From: Craspedostauros australis | Lineage: Eukaryota | Assembly: GCA_030167865.1 (NCBI GenBank) | Contig: JALAGF010006545.1 | Coordinates: 1 to 52,064 of the forward strand | Direction of reading: 5' to 3' | Length of the DNA: 52,064 nucleotides | Shown: one piece after another, positions 31,918 through 42,490 of the stretch | Numbering within the stretch: the first letter of the stretch is position 1 | Layout of the letters: each line of letters starts with the position of its first letter | Translations under genes and position numbers: made by a program | Notes under the pieces: generated by a model | Database searches by the model: none | What the model saw: the letters and a program-made list of their open reading frames with translations, nothing else | Told to the model about the DNA's origin: nothing

Positions 31918-31956
31918 GATCGTTGATTGATCGTTGATTGATCGTTGATTGATCGT
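31918..31956. repeat. 11-nt tandem repeat GATCGTTGATT, 3 copies plus a partial copy
   Basis: Read directly; about 370 nt upstream of the GDH start. Confidence 0.85.
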
Positions 31957-32327
31957 GTCATTCCTCCCAACTCGCGGCTGTCGACATCAATCCCATCCCC
32001 TGGTCGCACCAACGTGCCTCACCTCATCACTCAATCTCATACGAGTCAAACAAGTGGAAGAAGCATCTCGTCACAAGAGCAGATCTTGGCTTCGTTTCGC
32101 CTCCCAAGCGTGCGACTCAGTTGTGCCATCAACAAAAGCGGCAGTACCGGGGAAGCTTGCGTTCGGTTCACACCCTCACTATCATCGCCATCACCATCAC
32201 CATCAACAGCACTCTATCCTCCCCATCCCTCATAAAGTCAAGTCAGCTCAGACAATACATCACATCGCCAAGCAAAGCAACACAACACGCCACAACGTAC
32301 CACAATTGATCGCTGCCAACAGCGACG

Positions 32328-35300
32328 ATGACCAATCTCCTGCTGGCCGTCTCATCGGCGTCTCGCAGACGCTCCGCCATGTTGGCACGCAGGCTCCTGG
32401 CCTCCTCCAGGAGCGGTGCCATTTCGACTGCTCCGGCCTCCATGCCATCGATCCGTTCCAACGCCTTCAGAGCAATCAGCACCACCCTGGCAACCGCATC
32501 TCCGCTTCTCGACCCTCCAACAACGAACACCATCGCCAAGCGCTTCAGTCACGACGGCATGCAATCGCTGGGAGATCCCTCGCGCCTCACGCAGGAATCG
32601 CAGGCCCAACCATGGCAGGCCGAGAACAACGTCGACGTGCAGCGCGTCACGCGACAGGCACTCATCTACGAACTGGCGCAGCAATCCAGCGGCACCCTCG
32701 AACGCGTCGTGCCATGGTTCTTTGACAACATGCCCAAGTCCTACTTCAAGCAGGTCCCAGACCACATGCGGTTGGATCACATCAAGGCCATCGCCGCCGT
32801 CTTCGCCTCGCCGCATCTGGGTCGCAGCCAAACGGCCGACACCATGCACACCGCGACGCACTGGGATTCGGCCAATCTGCATCTCAACCTCAAGACGCCG
32901 CTGCCCGATGGTCGCATCGTGTGGACCTTCATCCGACCCGGCACCAAACCCGGCACGTTGCTCGGCATGATCGAGGAGCAGAAGCATCTCGACATGACGG
33001 CGTCGGCGGGATCCGCGGAGCCGCATCCGCTCGATCTGCACGGCAAGTTCCAACCCAATCTGAAGCAGCGATCGTACGCCGCGGCGGTATCGGCCCAGGA
33101 CTCCACGGCCGGCGCATTCGCCAACACCAAGCTCCCGTTGAGCCGGCTTCTCGTCTTCAGTTCCAAGGACGAGTCCGTCTCCCTCAACATGTTCGTCTAC
33201 GGTCGCAAGACTCTCACCAAGCATCAGCAGAGCCCGGCAGCGACGACCACCGCCGCGGCTGATGCCCCCAGGACCTCGGCGTTGACGGAACGTCCCATGA
33301 CGCGCGAGCAGTCCATCCAATCCATCATCTCGCATGCGCAGGAGCATGTGCAGTCGGGCAAGCTCGAAGGTTCGCCACACAACCTGTCCTCGTCGCCGCT
33401 CTTCGAACCGGAGGCCTTGCGCGAGTACATGGAAACATCCTGCTCGGACAATTACATCAGCATCGGTCAGAAGGTCCCACGACGCTTCCTGCGACAGCGC
33501 TTGATGGTGGACAAGGTGTCGGGCACGGAGGGCACCGAGGTGCACATCGAACCGGGCACGATCCATGGCTTCGATCTGCTGTCGGAAGACGTCGCCACAG
33601 ACGAGTCCTACTACTGGGTCGATGTGGCAGTTGCCAATTCCTTGCCGCAGATCGCGCTGGAGCACACGTGCCGTCTGCTTTACATGCACCAATTCGATGT
33701 CTCGCGCGCGCGTTTGGACATCATCCAGGATGGTGAGAACGGCAGCATCACCATGCTGCGCCTGCTCGTGCGACCCATCGAAGGTGGACGCGCCGCGTTG
33801 GAGGAGATCTCCAACAAGCTCGTCGGCACCTCCATTTCCGAACCAGGAGATATCGGGATGGATGCCGCCACCTCCAACCTCCTGGTCAACAATGACGATG
33901 AAGGTGGCGATATTGCGGGAGAGGTGTGCCGCATTGCGGGCGTCAGGCAATCCGAAAAGCTCTTCCCCTTGCTGGCGCAGGAGATGAAGCGCATCAAGTG
34001 GCTGGATCCGTCCACGATCAACCTCGTCTTTGACAGCCACATGCGCTACCACAATGCCAGCAGCAACCCCAAGACGACCGCCAACCCCAAGGGCGTTGTG
34101 GGCGTCGTGCAGGGCGAGATCATCACGGCCATGGCAAGTCTCATGCATCCCATCCTCGCACGCGACGGCGGCGACGCCCTTCGCTACAGCAAGGCCAGCA
34201 TCCTCCAAACGCTGTCCAAACCGCGCCTCCTGCCATGGGCCATCCAGATCGCCAACCTCTTCCTGGAGCGATTCAACCCCAAGAATCCCCTCAGCGATGA
34301 CGCGCAGCTGCAACGACGCATCGACCAGCTCAAGCAAGACATCTCCAAGAACGTGGAGGATTCGCTGGCCGTCGAATTGCTGCACAAGATGATGGACATC
34401 GTCACTCACACGCTCAAGACGAACGTCTACATGGAGAATCGGTACGGGTTGGGCGTGCGGTTGGATCCCGCCCTCATGGCGTCGCACAAGGAGGAATTGC
34501 CCTACGGCATCTTCTTCGTGCATGGCCGGCGCTTCAATGGATACCACGTCCGTTTCCGCGACATCAGCCGCGGTGGCATGCGTCTCGTCACGCCCAGCAG
34601 CAGCGAACAGCTGGCCTTGGAGAGTGCGCGTCAATTCGATGAGTGTTACGGATTGGCCTTCGCGCAGCAGCTCAAGAACAAGGATATTCCAGAAGGAGGC
34701 AGCAAGGCCGTGTGCTTGATCGACACGGTCGACCTCGCCAACGCCACCAACGACACGGAGGATGCCCGTAACTTCGCCGTGCGCAAGTCGGTCAAGGCGT
34801 TCACGGACACCATCCTGGATCTGGTCGTGTCGACGGACGAAACGAAGAGCACCATCGTCGATTACTGGGGTCAGCCGGAGGTGCTCTACTTGGGTCCCGA
34901 CGAGCAAGTCATCCCGGAGGACATCAACTGGATCATCTCGCGTGCCGCCGAACGCGAATACCCGACGCCGCCCGCATTCATGAGTTCCAAACCAAAGGCC
35001 GGCATTAACCACAAGGAATACGGTGTCACGAGCGAAGGCGTCAACGTGTATTTGGACGTGGCGTTGCGCGAGACGCTCAACATCAACCCCGACGAGGACA
35101 CCTTTACCATCAAGATGACTGGCGGGCCGGATGGCGACGTCGGCGGCAACGAGATCAAGATCCTCGCACGCGAGTATGGCGACAGATGCAAGATCGTTGG
35201 CGTCGCCGATCACTCCGGTTGCGCCGAGGACCCGAACGGGTTGGATCAGGACGAACTTGTGCGCTTGGTCGATTCCAGCTTGCCGATCGTGCACTTCGAT

Positions 35301-36227
35301 CTGAGCAAGCTCAGCGCCGATCCTGCCAGCATCGTGCATGATGTGCAGGACTCGGAGGAAGCCGTCAAGGCTCGCAATACCATGCACAACCGCTTGGTCG
35401 CCGATGCCTTCGTGCCGTGCGGTGGCCGGCCCAACACCATCGACAAGACCAACTACAAGAACTTCTTGCTCAGCGAAGGTGTGGGAGACAATCTGGCGAC
35501 ACCGTCGTCGCGGCTGATCGTGGAAGGCGCCAACCTGTTCGTCACGAACGAGGCCCGACAGGCGCTTTGGGATGAAGCCGGTGTTTCCATCGTGAAAGAC
35601 TCATCCGCCAACAAGGGCGGCGTGATCACCAGCTCGTACGAGATCTGCGCCGCCATGCTGATCCCCGACCAGGATGACTTCTTCGCCAACAAGGACGCCA
35701 TTGTGTCCGAAGTGCTGGCCAAGCTGCGTGGTCTAGCCAAGCTGGAAGCCGAGCTGCTGTTCCGCGAACAGAAGGCGTACGGCAACACCGTGGCGTTGCC
35801 CAAGATCAGCCAGATCATCTCCAACAGCATCAACACCGCCACCGACGCGTTGACGGAGGCGTTGGACGCGCTATCGGACTCCGAACGCAACGACCTGCTG
35901 CCTTTGTTCCGCGCCCACCTGCCACCGACGATGGCTGACATGTCCTTCGACAAGGTGCACGAGCGCGTTCCGGCGCAGTACATCAAGAACGCCATCGCGT
36001 CCTGCCTCGCATCCAAGCTGGTGTACAAGGAGGGAACCAAGTTCGTGGATTCGCAACCACGCGAGCAGCTGGCCCAGATGGCGTTGAAGTACATCCAGAA
36101 GGAGCGCGAGATCGCGGTATTGATGAAGTCGATCGAAGAGGACGCGCCCAACATGCCGGACGACGAGAAACAGCACATCCTGCGTTTGTTGGAGGCCGGT
36201 GGCGCCCGCACGGCCTTGAACTTCTGA
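32328..36227 (+). CDS. GDH2: Large NAD-specific glutamate dehydrogenase (fungal GDH2 type), probably mitochondrial
   Basis: Motifs RFRDISRGGMRLV, QQLKNKDIPEGGSK, LYLGPDE, GINHKEYGVTSEGV, TGGPDGDVGGN, FVPCGGRP, IVEGANLF and KDSSANKGGVITSSYE. R/S/A-rich, acid-free N-terminus. Confidence 0.95.
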   Translation: MTNLLLAVSSASRRRSAMLARRLLASSRSGAISTAPASMPSIRSNAFRAISTTLATASPLLDPPTTNTIAKRFSHDGMQSLGDPSRLTQESQAQPWQAENNVDVQRVTRQALIYELAQQSSGTLERVVPWFFDNMPKSYFKQVPDHMRLDHIKAIAAVFASPHLGRSQTADTMHTATHWDSANLHLNLKTPLPDGRIVWTFIRPGTKPGTLLGMIEEQKHLDMTASAGSAEPHPLDLHGKFQPNLKQRSYAAAVSAQDSTAGAFANTKLPLSRLLVFSSKDESVSLNMFVYGRKTLTKHQQSPAATTTAAADAPRTSALTERPMTREQSIQSIISHAQEHVQSGKLEGSPHNLSSSPLFEPEALREYMETSCSDNYISIGQKVPRRFLRQRLMVDKVSGTEGTEVHIEPGTIHGFDLLSEDVATDESYYWVDVAVANSLPQIALEHTCRLLYMHQFDVSRARLDIIQDGENGSITMLRLLVRPIEGGRAALEEISNKLVGTSISEPGDIGMDAATSNLLVNNDDEGGDIAGEVCRIAGVRQSEKLFPLLAQEMKRIKWLDPSTINLVFDSHMRYHNASSNPKTTANPKGVVGVVQGEIITAMASLMHPILARDGGDALRYSKASILQTLSKPRLLPWAIQIANLFLERFNPKNPLSDDAQLQRRIDQLKQDISKNVEDSLAVELLHKMMDIVTHTLKTNVYMENRYGLGVRLDPALMASHKEELPYGIFFVHGRRFNGYHVRFRDISRGGMRLVTPSSSEQLALESARQFDECYGLAFAQQLKNKDIPEGGSKAVCLIDTVDLANATNDTEDARNFAVRKSVKAFTDTILDLVVSTDETKSTIVDYWGQPEVLYLGPDEQVIPEDINWIISRAAEREYPTPPAFMSSKPKAGINHKEYGVTSEGVNVYLDVALRETLNINPDEDTFTIKMTGGPDGDVGGNEIKILAREYGDRCKIVGVADHSGCAEDPNGLDQDELVRLVDSSLPIVHFDLSKLSADPASIVHDVQDSEEAVKARNTMHNRLVADAFVPCGGRPNTIDKTNYKNFLLSEGVGDNLATPSSRLIVEGANLFVTNEARQALWDEAGVSIVKDSSANKGGVITSSYEICAAMLIPDQDDFFANKDAIVSEVLAKLRGLAKLEAELLFREQKAYGNTVALPKISQIISNSINTATDALTEALDALSDSERNDLLPLFRAHLPPTMADMSFDKVHERVPAQYIKNAIASCLASKLVYKEGTKFVDSQPREQLAQMALKYIQKEREIAVLMKSIEEDAPNMPDDEKQHILRLLEAGGARTALNF

Positions 36228-36601
36228 TGGGGTTGTGTGCAGGGTGGTGGTGCGAGTACGTAAGAATGGTACCATAGACAATACAATGGAAAAGCATAGG
36301 TAATGCTCCAGAGGTACCACTCATTGCTCAATGCTCTCCACTTTCTCTCTCTCTATTGGATCTGCAATTCCATCACAAATATAATACAATCACCATGATT
36401 TGCATTCCTAAAAGAGCACATCTAAGGACTGCAGGTCCAAGTACTCTATGGCACGTAACAGCACTAATACTCCAATTCCACACGTATAGTATTATAGTTG
36501 CATCACTGCCGTGTCCTATTACTCTCATCTTTTTACTATGGTATTCATTCTATAATACTTTGTTCGTTCGTTCTTTCGCTTTGTGCATATCGTCGCGTGC
36601 T

Positions 36602-36886
36602 TCACTTCTTGCCGCCCTTCTTCTTGGAGGCGCTCAATCCCGCCATGAGCATGTCATCCATCGTATCCTCCTTCTTCTTGGGCACGCGCTTGCGTGGGAC
36701 GGGCCCCGAACTGACGGGCACCGCGTTGGCACCCTCCTTCAGCTTCTTGGCAGCCACCTTGGCCTGCAGCTTGGCGGCATCGTTGGCATTGCGCTGCTGC
36801 GGATCACCGTCACGCTTCGCCTTTTGCTGATTGAGCTTGGCCTGCTTCTTGGCACGGTCGCGTTCACGTTGGTCGCCGCGGGACAT
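36602..36886 (-). CDS. SERF: SERF / 4F5 (small EDRK-rich factor) family protein, 94 aa
   Basis: N-terminus MSRGDQRERDRAKKQAK...QQRNANDAAKLQAK matches the family pattern MxRGNQRExxR. Confidence 0.85.
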   Translation of the reverse strand: MSRGDQRERDRAKKQAKLNQQKAKRDGDPQQRNANDAAKLQAKVAAKKLKEGANAVPVSSGPVPRKRVPKKKEDTMDDMLMAGLSASKKKGGKK

Positions 36887-37186
36887 GGTGTTGTCTATTA
36901 TTCTATTATGAATGAATGAGTCTGTGGTGGTTGCTGGAGTTTGGCCACGACGGCATCGACGAATGTTTGTGCCAAAAACGGCCATGGTGGCCCGCCAATG
37001 CCGCCCAACAACAACAACGGAGAAGCACCGATAGACGGACAGACGTGCACACGATCAATCTCTCTCTATTCTTGCTTTGGCGCCAACCAAGAATGCACGT
37101 AGACCTTCTCCTGCAAGCAAGATTCTAACCTAACAGTCCTATCCTAATCCTTTTCTATTATAATGTTCCGTTGCCTCCATTCCATA

Positions 37187-39457
37187 TCATGATGATACTT
37201 CATTCCGCCGGCACGCGGGTGCACGTTCCTTGCGCCGCTTGCTGGACGAACGTCCGCGCAGCTTCTTCGTCTTGTTGTTGGTGGTGGGCGTGGCATCATC
37301 CGATGGCGATTTCTTGCGATCGCGTGTCATCTTCTTCTTGGATTTGGATCGGCGTCTAGATTTGGAGCGTCGCTTGGTCGATGTGGGCGTGGACAAGGCA
37401 AAGTCGCCTTCTTCGAATGAGAAGTTGTTGCTGTCGTTCAAGGTTTCGGTGGTGGTCGAGTTGGTGGAGGTTGATTTGGGTGCCGGCACGTCGTTGTCGT
37501 CGTTGAGTTTGGATTTGGTCTTGGTGCGCTGTTTGGTCGATTTCCTGGTCTTCTTCTTGTTGGCGGCGGTCTTCTTGGGCTTCTTGCTCGCCTCTTGCAT
37601 TGAGGGTTCGATAAGCGGCGCGGGCGGCAACTGTGGCGTCTCATTTTCGTACGTGGCGATCGTGACGGCCGTGTGGATGGAGCGTCCTTCCGTGTGCGGC
37701 GAGTAAGCCGTGCGCGTGTGGTTGGTGTTGAGGATGGTGTCATCGTCTTCATCTTCCGCGGGACAGACAATATCGGAGGGCAGATCGCGAGAGAGCTTGT
37801 AGTCATCTTCATCATCGGGTATGCAATCGAGGGAGGTGGATCGGCTGCGCACGCTGCGTCTGTGATGCGAGGAGGTGCGCGGCGATTCCATGATCTCGGC
37901 ATGGCGTCCGTAGGATCTGACCGGCGACATGGTGTAGATGGTGGAGCTGCCGCCCTGCGTGGAATGCATGCTGCGCGAATGGTAGCTGTGCTGCGGACGC
38001 TGCGGCGCTGTGGGCGGCATGGCGTCGCGCTGGTTGGAGCCCGTGTTCATGGCGGCCAGCTTGCGGTTGGAGGATTTGGTGTTGAAGGAGGTGGGCTTCG
38101 GCATCTGGATGGTGAAGGTGTCGTCCTCCCAGGGATCCGTGGTGAGCATGGTGATGGAGGAGGCCTCGGAGGTGAAGGAGGACTTGAACCAGACGTCGAA
38201 GTTGGTGTCGTCGCCGAGTTCCATGGTGAGAGAGCCGCGCCTGGGTCGGCGGCTGTTGTTGGCGCTGGGGTTGGCGCCGCCCATGCGGTAGGCCTGGTGG
38301 TTGCCGTAGCCCGAGCCATCGAACTGCTTCTTCTGGTAGTACTCGATGGAGTTGCGGCGCGGTTGTCTGTACTGCTGCCGTCTGTGGTCCGAGATGTTGT
38401 TCTGCTTGTGTTGCTGTTGCTTGTGTTGCGACTGCTGTTGTGGCTGTGAGTGCTGCTGATGCGGCTGCTGCTGACTCCTGTGGTAACTGTTGTGGTTGCT
38501 GTGGCTGCCATGGCGCTGCGGCATCATGGGAGGCAGAGAATGGCGCGGGTTGGAGGGACGTGACACGCTGCCACTCCTTAGTCTGGCAGGCATCTGAGAC
38601 GGCGACATGCAATCCTCCATGACATCATCAGTATCATCATACTGCTGCTGCAGTCTGCCAGGCCTGTGGGTCCCCATGGATGCAAGCACGGCTGCGTCCG
38701 TTGCGTCGGAGCTCCGCTGCTTGTTCGTGTGGCGTCGCGCCGTGGTCTGCGCAGTGGGTGGAGCCGCGGGCGTTGCTTGTCCCATCTCCTCGTCCAGCGA
38801 AATGGAGACGGAGGTGTCGTCGTCGTCTTCTTCGTCGTTGTCTGATGAAGAAGAAGATGATGATAGGGAGATGGAGGTGGTGGAAGCCGCGGGCGATGCG
38901 TGATAGCTCTGGCTGAGACCGAGATCGTCCTTCCTGCCGCTTCCCTTCTTGTGCTTGCTCGCGTTCAGGCTGACTCCCAGGATCTTCGTCTTCGTCTTTG
39001 TGTTTGTAGTTGTGTTTGTAGTTGCGCTGCTCCTCTTCTTCTTCTTCTTCTTGCCGTGGTTGCTGCTGTGGTTGCTCATGTGGTTGCTCATGTGGATGCC
39101 GTTGCCGTTGCTGTTGCTATGGTTGCTGCCGTGGTGGCTGCTGTTGCGAGACCGCAGGGACTTGTTCCTCTTCTTCTGGTTGGACAAGACGGGGGTCTTG
39201 GAGGTTGGCGACAGCAAGGGAGGTCCTGGGATGGCCAGATGCTGGCCTGCGCCTTCGCTCTGAGCGTTGCTCTGAGTGTTGATGCTGCTGCTCCTGCTCT
39301 TGCGATGATCGCTGCTTCTGCCGAGCCTGCCCTTGAGGCTCTTGCCGCTGTTGACGTTGTTGATGCTGTTGCTCGTGCTCGAAACCTTCCTCCTGGGGCT
39401 CTTCATGGCGCCCTCCACGGCTGCGTTGCCGTTGCTGCGTCCGAACGGCATCTTCAT
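37187..39457 (-). CDS. Long S/H/Q/K-rich intrinsically disordered hypothetical protein
   Basis: More than 750 open codons with coding bias; likely start MKMPFGRS at 39457. Confidence 0.7.
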   Translation of the reverse strand: MKMPFGRSNGNAAVEGAMKSPRRKVSSTSNSINNVNSGKSLKGRLGRSSDHRKSRSSSINTQSNAQSEGAGQHLAIPGPPLLSPTSKTPVLSNQKKRNKSLRSRNSSHHGSNHSNSNGNGIHMSNHMSNHSSNHGKKKKKKRSSATTNTTTNTKTKTKILGVSLNASKHKKGSGRKDDLGLSQSYHASPAASTTSISLSSSSSSSDNDEEDDDDTSVSISLDEEMGQATPAAPPTAQTTARRHTNKQRSSDATDAAVLASMGTHRPGRLQQQYDDTDDVMEDCMSPSQMPARLRSGSVSRPSNPRHSLPPMMPQRHGSHSNHNSYHRSQQQPHQQHSQPQQQSQHKQQQHKQNNISDHRRQQYRQPRRNSIEYYQKKQFDGSGYGNHQAYRMGGANPSANNSRRPRRGSLTMELGDDTNFDVWFKSSFTSEASSITMLTTDPWEDDTFTIQMPKPTSFNTKSSNRKLAAMNTGSNQRDAMPPTAPQRPQHSYHSRSMHSTQGGSSTIYTMSPVRSYGRHAEIMESPRTSSHHRRSVRSRSTSLDCIPDDEDDYKLSRDLPSDIVCPAEDEDDDTILNTNHTRTAYSPHTEGRSIHTAVTIATYENETPQLPPAPLIEPSMQEASKKPKKTAANKKKTRKSTKQRTKTKSKLNDDNDVPAPKSTSTNSTTTETLNDSNNFSFEEGDFALSTPTSTKRRSKSRRRSKSKKKMTRDRKKSPSDDATPTTNNKTKKLRGRSSSKRRKERAPACRRNEVSS

Positions 39458-40156
39458 TGTGGATCTGCTAATGCTGCTACAACACCGGCGCTCTGCAACA
39501 CTGCTACGACTATAGAAGTGATCTATTGGTATCCACTTCGATACACTCCGATGCACTTCAATGCACCTCTGCTACACATTCACTCTCCTCTTCTTGTTCT
39601 CTTCGTTCCGGAGTCCGATTTATTCCTTCCTCGATCTCTGCCTCAGTCTCTTCCTCCCATCGCCTTTCTTGCTCTCTCGGCCCGCGCGAGACTGCGTGGG
39701 TATGTTTGCCATGGCTTATTACTGCCAGCACCACATCGCGGCACTCCACCAGCGCGCAGTGCTCAATGACGGCCCGCACTTCGAATCACAGCGGACAAAT
39801 TCCAGCTGCTTGAACCATTGATCGTGGAGTAATTATGGGCGGCCAGTATACGCTCTGGCAAGGCAATCACGTTTGTTTGGCCTAAGTGTCGCTGTCGTGA
39901 TCACGGGTTGGGATGCGATTGCGTTTTCGTCATTTCATGCACGTCTTGTTTTTGTTTCATTTTTGAAATGGCGGTTACGATTACCGTTCATTTCCAAACA
40001 GGTTATTTGAAGAGTCGCAGCGAATGTGTCACGTCAGGTTCTACATTCTATCATTTTGCTCTATCGGCTCTGATTTCGGAGGATGACATTCTGTTCAAAA
40101 TACACTATGCTCTATTCTTCTTACCGCCGTTGCTATCATCATCATCATCATCAACT

Positions 40157-42442
40157 CTAACTTTCATCTTCCAGGATACACGCCAAAGCATCATCGACAA
40201 AGGTCTTGCGATGCTTCTTCTCCATCTGCTTGCGATGATAGGCATGTTGGTTGGATCGTGTAGCGACGGACACAAATTCACCTCCCTTCAAAGAATACTT
40301 GATCGAGGCGCGGAAGGCGGGTGGGATGGTATCCTTGTCTCCAGCAGCATTGTTGCGTGGAATGATGATACTGCTGCGTTTCAACGAGCGGCGCGAGCGT
40401 GATGGGTTCTTCTTGGATGCTGTTGCGACGTTCTGCTGCTGCTTCGGGAATGGCGGCGCGAGATCCTTCTTCAGTTTCCTCTTCAAAATTGCATTCGGTG
40501 TGCGTTTGCGATGTTTGCCAGGCGATGCTGGACTCTTCGTGACGGTCTTCTTCTTGTTGCTGCTGGCGCTTGCAGTCGTGGCGCTGTCATTCCCACTGCT
40601 GTTGTTGCTGCTGCTGCTGTTCTTTTTCTTCTTCTTGGGTTTCTTCAAATCGAATTTGGTGGGTGTCGTGGAGAGGCTCGTGTCCGTATCCGTGTCGGCG
40701 TTGCAACCATCGATCGTCCTGGGTGGCGTGGTGGGTGCAGATCGCAGAGGCTGCTTGCGATAGGAGGCTTCCGTGCCGCTGTCCGATGTCACCGTGTCCA
40801 AGTCGGTGGGGATGGAGATGGAGGCGGAAGACACGGACGACGACGAGCAGGAGGAGGATTGGACGAGCTTGGCTTTTGTTGTATTGGAGTCCGCGGACTT
40901 GGTCTCTTTCTGCATCTTCTTCTTTTTCATCTTCTTGACCACCTTCGATCCAATCTCAGGTTTGGTCTTTGCTTTGGTGGGTTCCACGGCTTTCGCTTGT
41001 GTTGCTGCCTTCGAAGCAACTGTGGGGGAGGCTTCTGTTGCTTCGCCCCACGAGTAGCCGCTGGTGGAGTCGTCACCGTGATCATCCGTGTTGAGGGGGT
41101 TGGTGGCACCGCGTTTCGCTTCTGCAGGACCCACGTCGTCATGCCGCTGCTCGGATGTCGCAGCAGCGCTCTTGCCCTCATCATCGCTGCATGCGAATGG
41201 CGGTGTCCCCCACGTGTACGATGCATGATTGTCCTCGGCAGTCTTCTTCTTGTTCTTGTTGTCCTTCTTTGCATCATCGTCATACTTGCTCGAACGCGTA
41301 TGCGACGACCACCGCGATTGCGGATCCAGCAAGACGGAGGACAGCGTCGACCGAATCGTGTCATCGTACTCATCATCATCATCATCATCGCTGTTCCCAT
41401 GATACCGCGCACGCAACGGCGTCTTCTTGACGAGCGAGGGACGCGATCGGGCACGTCGTCCACGCCGCACGCCGGGATCGGATCGATGCGTATGTCCCGA
41501 TACCGAGAATCGCGACAGACTCGTGTGGTTGCTCCAGCTGCGCCGCGATTCCTCCTGCTCCGGCACGACGGAACAGATCTCGTCGTCGCCCCAGCTGTAA
41601 TCGTCGTCGTCGTTTGCGTAAGGTGGCAGCTCCATCTCGGACAACCACCGCGATTCCTTGCGCGTGCGCGATGGCGGGCTTGTGAATGGAAACGCTGTCT
41701 GTCTTGGCGTCTTCTGTTCTTCGCGTTGCAAACGCTCCTGCTCTTCGCGCTGTCGTTCCTGCTTGCGCAGCTTCCACTTCTGCGCCGCGATGGAGGATAC
41801 GGCCGACGGCGCCAACGATGCCTGAAAGGCGGGCGGCAACGTGTTCTCGGGCTTATTCGACAGCTGTTTCTGCAGTTGCGCGGACTTGCGGGTCGGTGGT
41901 TGCTTGTCATGGTGAGATCCCCATCTGCGGCGCGGGACCGTGGGCAGGGAGTCCGCGTTCTTGGCCCTCTCGCGCAGTTCCCAACCCGCGAAGGGCTTGT
42001 TGTTGGGACTGTCCTGCGTCTGCGGCGTCGTCTGCAAATGCAACGGAATGCGCGGCGGCGACGAGGATTCCACCGGTTGACTCTGAAAGTGATCATCGAG
42101 CTCCATGGTGATCTCGGAGCAGATCGTGGCGGCTTCCGTCATGGCCGTTCCGAAGGAGAGGTGGTTGGAACTGGCCATGGGCTTGTGCAGAGTGCCGCTG
42201 AAGGCCGCTCGGTTGAAGCTGCTGCTGCGGAGACTCAGGCTGTTGCTGTTGCTGTTGTGGTTGGCATCCTTGTTGCGCGTTGGAGAGGGGAAGACGTCGC
42301 GCGTGCGGATGCTGTCCTCAGTGATGAACTGCTGCGAGTGGATTGCTTGCTGCTGCTGCTGATCGCTGGTGGTGTTGGCTGCGGTGGATGGTGACTGCGC
42401 CTTTGGGGTTGGGAGGTTGCGTGCCGCGGGCGTCCTCATCAT
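40157..42442 (-). CDS. Long S/K/T-rich intrinsically disordered hypothetical protein
   Basis: About 760 open codons; likely start MMRTPAA at 42442, since the upstream in-frame HT run is a microsatellite. Possibly ordered C-terminal segment IPPAFRASIKYSLKGGEFVSV. Confidence 0.7.
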   Translation of the reverse strand: MMRTPAARNLPTPKAQSPSTAANTTSDQQQQQAIHSQQFITEDSIRTRDVFPSPTRNKDANHNSNSNSLSLRSSSFNRAAFSGTLHKPMASSNHLSFGTAMTEAATICSEITMELDDHFQSQPVESSSPPRIPLHLQTTPQTQDSPNNKPFAGWELRERAKNADSLPTVPRRRWGSHHDKQPPTRKSAQLQKQLSNKPENTLPPAFQASLAPSAVSSIAAQKWKLRKQERQREEQERLQREEQKTPRQTAFPFTSPPSRTRKESRWLSEMELPPYANDDDDYSWGDDEICSVVPEQEESRRSWSNHTSLSRFSVSGHTHRSDPGVRRGRRARSRPSLVKKTPLRARYHGNSDDDDDDEYDDTIRSTLSSVLLDPQSRWSSHTRSSKYDDDAKKDNKNKKKTAEDNHASYTWGTPPFACSDDEGKSAAATSEQRHDDVGPAEAKRGATNPLNTDDHGDDSTSGYSWGEATEASPTVASKAATQAKAVEPTKAKTKPEIGSKVVKKMKKKKMQKETKSADSNTTKAKLVQSSSCSSSSVSSASISIPTDLDTVTSDSGTEASYRKQPLRSAPTTPPRTIDGCNADTDTDTSLSTTPTKFDLKKPKKKKKNSSSSNNSSGNDSATTASASSNKKKTVTKSPASPGKHRKRTPNAILKRKLKKDLAPPFPKQQQNVATASKKNPSRSRRSLKRSSIIIPRNNAAGDKDTIPPAFRASIKYSLKGGEFVSVATRSNQHAYHRKQMEKKHRKTFVDDALACILEDES

Positions 42443-42458
42443 GGTGTGCGTGTGTGGC

Positions 42459-42486
<28 letters not shown>
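42459..42486. repeat. (TG)14 microsatellite
   Basis: Read directly from sequence. Confidence 0.9.

Positions 42487-42490
<4 letters not shown>

Noticed and set aside
32352..35387. 1011-aa antisense ORF over GDH (also 45517-47259, 23440-24723, 40511-42394, 8274-9434)
   Set aside because: Shadow ORFs produced by strong C/G third-position bias in the sense genes; no motifs recognised.
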